From: a virus
DNA length: 64,000 nt
Virus record (IMG/VR): IMGVR_UViG_3300032323_001868
Coordinates: 1 to 64,000 of that record
Strand: one strand, 5' to 3'
Shown: in pieces, positions 29,821-36,290 of the stretch
Layout of the letters: each line of letters opens with the position of its first letter
Position numbering within the stretch: position 1 is the stretch's first letter
The notes under the pieces: generated by a model
Seen by the model: only the letters and a program-made list of their open reading frames with translations
What the model was told of the DNA's origin: nothing
The model's database searches: none
Program-made: the position numbers and the translations under genes

Positions 29821-29887
29821 AGTTGCCTGTGATAAATAGGATAAGGAAACATATCCCTAGCCATAGTATGAATTTGTCCATAGTTCC

Positions 29888-30610
29888 CTACTTTTTGGTT
29901 GCACTAAATACTATATCAGATTTCTCATAAATACACAACTTGCAACTAGCGCATGCAGACCCTTTCTGTGAGATAAGTGGAATAGCCTTTTTATTCTCAG
30001 GGCACTTAGCCCCAGGCTTGCCTGTTAACTCCTTCATGTCTTCTTGTCCTATTAAGAAATTTTTGGCAAGGTATGCAAGGGAGATATTATGATCTGCTTT
30101 AAGTCCTATACCTATAGCCTTATTATCGCTATCTGTGGAATAGTATAGTGAAAGATTAGGAATGTCTTTTAGAATAAGCGCTGCAGACTTAACTCTGGTA
30201 TATACCCAGAATTGAATGTCTGGATACTTATCAACAACTACCTTCCATGCATATGCATAAGTATCATTAAAGAAATCTCCGTCCCAGTGGATACGGAATT
30301 GCTTAGGTGCATTGCGCTTATCGCACTCTGCATTAAAATCATTAATCATTTCATTAAGTAGACGGACCATAGTTTCTCCGTCTGCATTGCGTAGTAGTTC
30401 CCAGTTATGCAATAGGTTTTTCTTTACTGTTGGGAATATCTTTTCTAACTTGCCTGCATAGCAAACACTTTCGCAGACACTAGTAGCGCCAGGACATGAA
30501 TAGTTTTTACCTGCAGGTAATCCGAATGTGTTAGCGATACTTGCTTGTTTTCCATTAGGGGTGACGGCATTAGCAACTTTTCTATCTTTAGAGCGTAGTA
30601 GTTTAGTCAT
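29888..30610 (-). CDS. GP88-family protein (Cys-cluster, radical-SAM-like)
   Basis: FGLPAG..CPGAT..C...CYA, FRIHWDGDF, FW.YTR, C..C.LC. Confidence 0.75.
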   Translation of the reverse strand: MTKLLRSKDRKVANAVTPNGKQASIANTFGLPAGKNYSCPGATSVCESVCYAGKLEKIFPTVKKNLLHNWELLRNADGETMVRLLNEMINDFNAECDKRNAPKQFRIHWDGDFFNDTYAYAWKVVVDKYPDIQFWVYTRVKSAALILKDIPNLSLYYSTDSDNKAIGIGLKADHNISLAYLAKNFLIGQEDMKELTGKPGAKCPENKKAIPLISQKGSACASCKLCIYEKSDIVFSATKK

Positions 30611-30755
30611 GGTGGGACCCTCTTTCTTTTTTTAATTTTAGCATTAGCGACTGACATTTCTTTCTGTCATATTTCTTTTTATTAGGTACCGCAGAGGCCG
30701 CATTGCTACGGCGTAATTCCATAAGCCTGCGTAATTCCTCGGGTGTTTTTTTCAT
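30603..30755 (-). CDS. small basic protein (LRRSNAA motif), leaderless
   Basis: TTGTAT-N17-TAAAAT-N6-ATG. Confidence 0.55.
   Translation of the reverse strand: MKKTPEELRRLMELRRSNAASAVPNKKKYDRKKCQSLMLKLKKERGSHHD
30635..30656 (-). promoter_or_regulatory. PafBC/RecA-NDp-type promoter
   Basis: TGTCAG-TCGCTAATGC-TAAAAT. Confidence 0.68.
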
Positions 30756-30826
30756 ATAATAATTTTAGCAAAAATCAGGGAAAAATACAAGTTGGTCTTA
30801 ATTAGGGTAAATCGGACATTTGTGGT

Positions 30827-30840
30827 GCGGGACGTCCCGC
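30827..30840. repeat. perfect palindrome GCGGGACGTCCCGC (cassette-boundary box)
   Basis: half-sites recur at 23466, 26649, 27934, 32135, 33342. Confidence 0.7.
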
Positions 30841-30845
30841 CTTTG

Positions 30846-31088
30846 CTACTCGTCTTTTTCTATATAAACATAGAGGTCAACATATGTGTCGTGTGCAATT
30901 GTTATTGTATCTGGTTCACCATACACATCAACACAATCGATAAAGTAATTGTCTCCAGTTGAATCAGAATTGATATCAATTACTTCGATGAGTTCATCAT
31001 CAATCTTGATTAGATCATCAGGCATCAGAGAACCTGGTGTTAATTTATCTGCCCATACTAGATCCATGTTGTTTATTGTATCAGCCAT
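30846..31088 (-). CDS. hypothetical early protein
   Basis: ORF track. Confidence 0.6.
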   Translation of the reverse strand: MADTINNMDLVWADKLTPGSLMPDDLIKIDDELIEVIDINSDSTGDNYFIDCVDVYGEPDTITIAHDTYVDLYVYIEKDE

Positions 31089-31164
31089 TTATTCGTCCTC
31101 TTCGCTAGAAATACATTCATAACAATCACAATATTTTGAGTGGGGAATAAAAAAATCTTCCATA

Positions 31165-31500
31165 TTACCCCTCATCATATTCTAGTGAGAGTGGGAAGTC
31201 ATCAGACCCATCTTGCCAGTCATCGGCTGGCTCAATAAATACATCAAGGTGATGCTGGTCTACGATAGCGTGTGCAGGTGCTTGAGTTTCTCCACGATAA
31301 AGAATCTGAAAGTCACCAACCTTCGGCATGTCAATCATGCGGTCATAGTCCTCATCATAGAAGGCGTCAATGGCTTCAATGCAAGGTTGCACCATTTCTG
31401 CGGGGACTGGAGGATAGTGATTAGCCTTAAGGTGATAGAGAATCTGAGTCTCCAAGTCAAGGACTTCTTCTTTAATTCCTAGTGCTGTAACTGAACCCAT
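31165..31500 (-). CDS. hypothetical early protein
   Basis: HL.ANHYPPVP..MV.PC.EAI, IVDQHHL. Confidence 0.7.
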   Translation of the reverse strand: MGSVTALGIKEEVLDLETQILYHLKANHYPPVPAEMVQPCIEAIDAFYDEDYDRMIDMPKVGDFQILYRGETQAPAHAIVDQHHLDVFIEPADDWQDGSDDFPLSLEYDEG

Positions 31501-31501
31501 A

Positions 31502-31717
31502 TTACTTACCCCCTACATTTCCATTACGATAAAAGATTTTGGTGTGCATTTTGCCATTAGGCTCTGACAAGTTAATTGTGCGATATTCTTTTGCATCTCC
31601 ATAGTCGTTGCATGCCATGAACGCACCAACGGCAGAAAGAGCATCACTATAGCGACCAACCCATTCAGGGCTAGTGCTATTGTCATTAGTTGAAGTAACT
31701 GAGTATAAGTATTCCAT
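31502..31717 (-). CDS. hypothetical early protein
   Basis: AAGGAG RBS. Confidence 0.65.
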   Translation of the reverse strand: MEYLYSVTSTNDNSTSPEWVGRYSDALSAVGAFMACNDYGDAKEYRTINLSEPNGKMHTKIFYRNGNVGGK

Positions 31718-32008
31718 TAGTTGTAACTCCTTTTACATTCTGAGCATAGATAGTTTAATTTGCAATAGCAACCTACTGCGTTTGGGCGGAGCATATCCGT
31801 TTCATAGTATTCGTCATAGAAATCCATACTAGTTAGCCTCTTTTGTTAGGAATAGTTGGTCAATGTAGTCATAGCCTATCATGGCTTCTACCTCTCGGTC
31901 AAGGTAGCAACGGAAGCAATAGAGTTCGGTTACATCTACTGCATTTTCATTACACTGCATGCATACATGTGCGGTCATGGGAGCCTTCTTTCTTAAGTTG
32001 ATATAAAT

Positions 32009-32030
32009 ATCCTATCATATGGGGGTGACA
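32009..32030 (-). promoter_or_regulatory. PafBC/RecA-NDp-type promoter
   Basis: TGTCAC-CCCCATATGA-TAGGAT. Confidence 0.62.
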
Positions 32031-32069
32031 AAGTGAAGTTCATAAGCCAAGTTCTGCGAAAATTAATGG

Positions 32070-32085
32070 TGTGAACTTAATCACA
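32070..32085. promoter_or_regulatory. CRP/GlxR-type box
   Basis: TGTGA-ACTTAA-TCACA. Confidence 0.7.
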
Positions 32086-32094
32086 CTTAATGCC

Positions 32095-32134
32095 TGTGGA
32101 TAACTACCTGGCTTGTGGATAACCCTGTGGAAAA
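32095..32134 (-). promoter_or_regulatory. three DnaA boxes
   Basis: TTATCCACA at 32095 and 32114, TTTTCCACA at 32126 (minus strand). Confidence 0.72.
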
Positions 32135-32150
32135 CGGGACGTTGAAAATT

Positions 32151-32179
32151 TGAGCAGTTTTAGATCGTGCTCAGGATTT
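32151..32179 (-). ncRNA. H-type pseudoknot repeat, copy F
   Basis: AAATC-C-TGAGCA-C-GATCT-AAAAC-TGCTCA. Confidence 0.68.
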
Positions 32180-32331
32180 TAGTTTATCGCTTTTGATTAA
32201 AACGACTTAGTGTAACCAACTCATTGTGTAGTCTAGAATTTTCTTTGACTAGTTCTATGTTTTGTTTCCAGAATAAAAACATAACTGTTATTGAGCCAGC
32301 AAGTGCAATTATGATTGCAAGTAAATCCCAG

Positions 32332-32523
32332 TTAGTTAGCATTTCTTGTCTCCATTTCCTCGCATGCTTGTGTAAATCTATCACGATTAAAGTTTGGATT
32401 GTCGCTTGCAAAAAAATCTGCAAAGTCATTTACCAAATCTTCCCACCAGTAATTATCTATCATGGCTTTTTGGTATCCTGAAAGAATATCTGCAACTGCT
32501 ACATAGTCTTTGCGTGTCATCAT
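32332..32523 (-). CDS. hypothetical early protein
   Basis: MTRKDY..VA..DNPNF..DRF..AC. Confidence 0.7.
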   Translation of the reverse strand: MMTRKDYVAVADILSGYQKAMIDNYWWEDLVNDFADFFASDNPNFNRDRFTQACEEMETRNAN

Positions 32524-32729
32524 TAGTCTGCCACCTTTAGAATTGCGTACGAGCCGTTTTCGTTGATTTCATCTAACGCAGGCTGAATGCGTGGTGCAAG
32601 AACTTCTTTTAGCAGGCCTTCAAGCATTGTTTTACGCATTGTTGATTCTAGTGCAAGAATCTGCATTCCTACTGGATGAGTTTCGTCAATTTCTGTAACG
32701 AACTTTAGAGAGTGTTCAACTTTTACCAT
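32523..32729 (-). CDS. hypothetical early protein
   Basis: TAATG coupling. Confidence 0.65.
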   Translation of the reverse strand: MVKVEHSLKFVTEIDETHPVGMQILALESTMRKTMLEGLLKEVLAPRIQPALDEINENGSYAILKVAD

Positions 32730-32911
32730 TAGAGTGTAGCCTTTCCACGAAGTGTTCCACGAACGCCGAGTGCGTCACATGATAGTTTTACAGATACGCC
32801 AGCAGGTAGCGTGTTAGGATAAGTGCTGATAAATTGTGCAACTGCACCTCGTGAGGGTAGTTGAATGGTTTTAACTGTACCATTAAAAGTTTCTAGATTT
32901 ACTTTATACAT
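32729..32911 (-). CDS. hypothetical early protein, paralog of 34854..35027
   Basis: shared KV.L..G..I.L.S..V..FI..Y..TL..VK..CD.LG..G.L.G. Confidence 0.7.
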   Translation of the reverse strand: MYKVNLETFNGTVKTIQLPSRGAVAQFISTYPNTLPAGVSVKLSCDALGVRGTLRGKATL

Positions 32912-32912
32912 A

Positions 32913-33128
32913 TTAGTTTTCCTTTCTTACTGCAACTGTACGGAATGTTTTGCGACCCCATGTGTTAGAACCGCTGTAAGGTGCGATTTCTACAAGGTAG
33001 GTGTCGCAATCTGCATACCATACCGCTTTAGGGTGTGGCTCTGCACTTATGATTTCTCCACGCATTGTTTTGGAGATATATTCTTTTCCCACAAGTAGGG
33101 ACTGGACATTGTAGACATTTGCAGACAT
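32913..33128 (-). CDS. hypothetical early protein
   Basis: first gene after promoter 33164-33185. Confidence 0.65.
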   Translation of the reverse strand: MSANVYNVQSLLVGKEYISKTMRGEIISAEPHPKAVWYADCDTYLVEIAPYSGSNTWGRKTFRTVAVRKEN

Positions 33129-33163
33129 AAGTTTGTCTCACTTTCTTTTTTGTTAATATAGCA

Positions 33164-33185
33164 AGTGTAGCATTTTTGGGTGACA
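33164..33185 (-). promoter_or_regulatory. PafBC/RecA-NDp-type promoter
   Basis: TGTCAC-CCAAAAATGC-TACACT. Confidence 0.6.
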
Positions 33186-33223
33186 ATATCAAATTGAGAA
33201 TCGGACATATCAGACAAATTGAA

Positions 33224-33239
33224 TGTGAGGTTGGTCACA
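33224..33239. promoter_or_regulatory. CRP/GlxR-type box
   Basis: TGTGA-GGTTGG-TCACA. Confidence 0.7.
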
Positions 33240-33273
33240 TCGTTTTGCTACTTTATTTAATTTTATAGATAGA

Positions 33274-33314
33274 ATCTTAGCATAAGTAATCTTAAAAGTC
33301 AAGACGACACGCCG
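33274..33314 (-). promoter_or_regulatory. sigma-A promoter with upstream WhiA-type GACAC site
   Basis: CGGCGTGTCG-TC-TTGACT-N17-TAAGAT. Confidence 0.55.
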
Positions 33315-33470
33315 TAAATGTAATGTGATTTACACCACAGGGGGACGTCGTGCACGTCGCATTTTTATGCAATGATCTGCATAGTCATTCAGTCAAGTGT
33401 AACCAGATTGAATAAATAAATAACCCAAATAAAAAAAAGAATGCAGCGTTACCATTTAAATAAAATTCTT

Positions 33471-34163
33471 TCATCGCTCACGCACCTCCGCTAATTCGTT
33501 GCGAAATGATTCCGCAGTCTCATGTTGTTGTTTCAATGTGAGCGAAGCCCACAAGTAACCCATTAGGTAAGCGTTACCACTATCTACATCGCCACGAATA
33601 TCTTGTGACATAGATTTTACATATTGAAGTAATTGCATATCTGCCATTTTTATATCTCCCAACAATTTTCGCAGGTAAATTTTGTGAAGTCTCTATCTTT
33701 CAATAGAATCTCCATGAAGTTGTTATCGCATACAGAGCAAGCGATTAAGTAAGTATCAGCCAGACGATAACGCCATGGCTCTGATTTAGACAAGAGACGA
33801 TTCTCTTGCACTTCTGAAGCGATTAGAATTGACATTAGTGTTGCTCCTCGCAATCTTCTACATAGTTGAATTCGCAGAAGTAGCAACCCATGGTTTCGCC
33901 ATGTGCCTTGCATACATACTTGAACTGTGATTCCTCACAGCAATAACGCATTTCATCTTTGATTAGATAAAATTCATTTTGGTCAATGTAGGTATCTATC
34001 ATCAGTTACCTGCCTTTCTGCAACGAATACCATCGTTGCCTACATAGCGATTTAGACCTGCAACGAAAGTAATTGTTTCGTTACAGTAGAAGCAATCGCC
34101 ATTACGATTAGGGAAGTGCAGAGTAGGCTTAAGGCTATCTGCGGGGGCATATAGTGAGTTCAT
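33471..34163 (-). other. run of four tiny, mostly Cys-rich ORFs (33471..33647, 33650..33835, 33835..34002, 34002..34163)
   Basis: TAATG/TGATG overlaps, GAAAGG RBS. Confidence 0.6.
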
Positions 34164-34193
34164 GTGAACCCCTTTCTTTAACTTGATATAACT

Positions 34194-34215
34194 ATCTTAG
34201 CATGGGGGTCTGACA
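34194..34215 (-). promoter_or_regulatory. PafBC/RecA-NDp-type promoter (leftward)
   Basis: TGTCAG-ACCCCCATGC-TAAGAT. Confidence 0.68.
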
Positions 34216-34428
34216 AATTGACTCAGACATTACGGAATAAAACGGACATTTAGTACAAAACTTTTTATGTGATTAGCGCCACATTTCGGGGGATTCAATA
34301 ACATTTCCATAACAATCTTAACACTATCGGCGTGTCGATTTGACAACGTGCTGGCACGTCCAGTGTGATGTAGAACACATGTGATGCATACCACAAAGTC
34401 CAGAATGTCCGATTTGTACCCCTCAAAA

Positions 34429-34450
34429 TGTCGGTGGTATATGTTAGGAT
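34429..34450 (+). promoter_or_regulatory. PafBC-type promoter, full consensus (rightward)
   Basis: TGTCGG-TGGTATATGT-TAGGAT. Confidence 0.75.
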
Positions 34451-34482
34451 AGTTACTATCAAGATAAAGAAAGGTGGTCTCC

Positions 34483-34659
34483 ATGACTACATTAACACAT
34501 ACACATACACCTAACATGGGTGCAATATCCGAATACAACGAAACTAAGTACACTTTCTGTACAGATTGTGAGCAAAATATAGAATCGTTCTATATTGAAT
34601 CAGACGGAGACCGCTTAGGTATGTGGTCTGATTGGAGATTGTCAAACATATGTTGGTAG
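34483..34659 (+). CDS. hypothetical early protein (CxxC)
   Basis: GAAAGGTGG RBS after promoter. Confidence 0.6.
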   Translation: MTTLTHTHTPNMGAISEYNETKYTFCTDCEQNIESFYIESDGDRLGMWSDWRLSNICW

Positions 34660-34853
34660 ATATTTTTCTCTGCGATGGTTGCGATACACTTGCTAAGGTA
34701 AGTGTTATAGCATCAACTATTTACATAGAGCCATGCCTATGTCAAACGAAATAGAAAGGCGCAGGGCTCACCTTGCAAGCGGGGGAACAATAGCAAACTA
34801 TGACCGCTCTCACTATCCACAATGGCACAAAGATAAATTAGAAAAGGAATCAA

Positions 34854-35027
34854 ATGAAAGTAACACTCACATCAATGTCAGGCAACACACACAACATTAA
34901 CCTCATGTCTAAGCAGGAGGTATATGACTTTATTGACCTTTATAAATCTACACTTTTAAAAAATCAAAGAGTAAAAATTACATGCGATATTTTAGGAATT
35001 GACGGGTATCTACAAGGTACATCGTAG
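34854..35027 (+). CDS. hypothetical early protein, paralog of 32729..32911
   Basis: AAAGGA RBS; MKVTLTSMSGNTHNINLMSKQEV.. Confidence 0.7.
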   Translation: MKVTLTSMSGNTHNINLMSKQEVYDFIDLYKSTLLKNQRVKITCDILGIDGYLQGTS

Positions 35028-35355
35028 ACCGATCCCGTGTGTGCTCACTAATCTTAAGTGATATTTTTTACTGTATTGCGTATCATACATCTGAGAAAAA
35101 TATTCAGATTTTTGGGAAATGAAAAATTTTTCAGATTTTCGGGTATACAAAGGTGCTATAATCTATATATGACAGAAGATACAACTGGTAAAAACTGCTG
35201 TGCTGAATGCACATGCGAGAACCCACATCAATCAAAACCACAAGACTAACCCCTTATGGCAATACTAGACAATTTTGAGAACTCTTGGGACATAGAGTAC
35301 CCAAACCTCATTTCAAAAACATTTTCAGATTTGGTATGCTCAGACTGCCAACAAA

Positions 35356-35559
35356 CTACTGATAAACCTTACATATCCGACAAGCCACAAAGCCATGCTC
35401 ACATTTTGGCAGGGGACGAATAATCTTATACTGATCCAGATAGAACCTAATTAAATCTGGATGAACACCTGCTATCTCAGATATCCACTTAACACTACGA
35501 CCCATAACGATATACTGGTTTTTCAACCATTCTTCACTTTGCCAGTCTCTCATTACCAT
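35356..35559 (-). CDS. small HTH-like protein
   Basis: EWLKNQY...SVKWISEIAGV. Confidence 0.5.
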   Translation of the reverse strand: MVMRDWQSEEWLKNQYIVMGRSVKWISEIAGVHPDLIRFYLDQYKIIRPLPKCEHGFVACRICKVYQ

Positions 35560-35753
35560 TTACCTATCGGACATTTAGCATGAAGCAACTCGGTTTTAAG
35601 TTTCATAAAGCAATGACATTTTTTGCAGCGGGATCCATTCTTCTTAAAGAACTCACATCCAGAACATATTTTTAAGCGGGAGTTAACAACCTCTTCACTG
35701 GCTCTTGGAGAAGAAGGCTTTAACCAATCTCCAAATGTAACATCTTCTGGCAC
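35553..35753 (-). CDS. Cys-rich zinc-binding protein
   Basis: RLKICSGC..CKKCHCFM..K..CPIGKW. Confidence 0.65.
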   Translation of the reverse strand: MPEDVTFGDWLKPSSPRASEEVVNSRLKICSGCEFFKKNGSRCKKCHCFMKLKTELLHAKCPIGKW

Positions 35754-36006
35754 ATTATCTCCAAACCATCATCATAATAACAAATAAAAAAACAATAAAC
35801 TGACTATATGAAAACATTCCCAATATACCGCTATCCACATAACCTATTATAGCCCATACGAAGGTTTGAAGCCACTTGTAGACATAGTTGGGAGTATCTC
35901 CCATAGATTGTCTAGAGGATGGTTTGTATAACCTCTATTTTCGGCTTGACTCGTATCCCGCCGAAATTAAAGACTATTTATCTTAGAACTCTGGTATACT
36001 TCTTGT

Positions 36007-36288
36007 ATGACCCAACACCTACTTACCACTCTTAGCAACACTGAGGCTACACGCCTAACTCCAAACGGAACTCATACTGGTTTGGACATTACTATTCAAA
36101 ATGTACATGAATCAGCATATGTTTATATTGGTGGAATTGGAGTGACTTCCAATAATTATGGATACCGCCTTGCTCCAGGTGCTGCGTGGTCTATTGAACT
36201 TTCAGGTAAAGATTCTTTATATGCAATTACTGACACTAATACTTCCAAAGTGGCAGTTCTTTCTACAAACCTAGAATCAGGAAATTAA
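36007..36288 (+). CDS. hypothetical, probable virion protein
   Basis: leaderless; IQN..VYIGG..V..YG.RL. Confidence 0.65.
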   Translation: MTQHLLTTLSNTEATRLTPNGTHTGLDITIQNVHESAYVYIGGIGVTSNNYGYRLAPGAAWSIELSGKDSLYAITDTNTSKVAVLSTNLESGN

Positions 36289-36290
36289 TT

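Noticed and set aside
5762-32179. Pseudoknot as a preQ1 or SAM-II riboswitch, or repeats as a CRISPR array
   Set aside because: Located 3' of genes, lacks the ligand-binding consensus I recall, and copies are dispersed with no regular spacers or cas genes.
26739-32186. Stop-codon readthrough role for the pseudoknot
   Set aside because: In the three copies 4 nt after a stop, readthrough meets an in-frame TAA after 7 codons, and the other copies lack that spacing.
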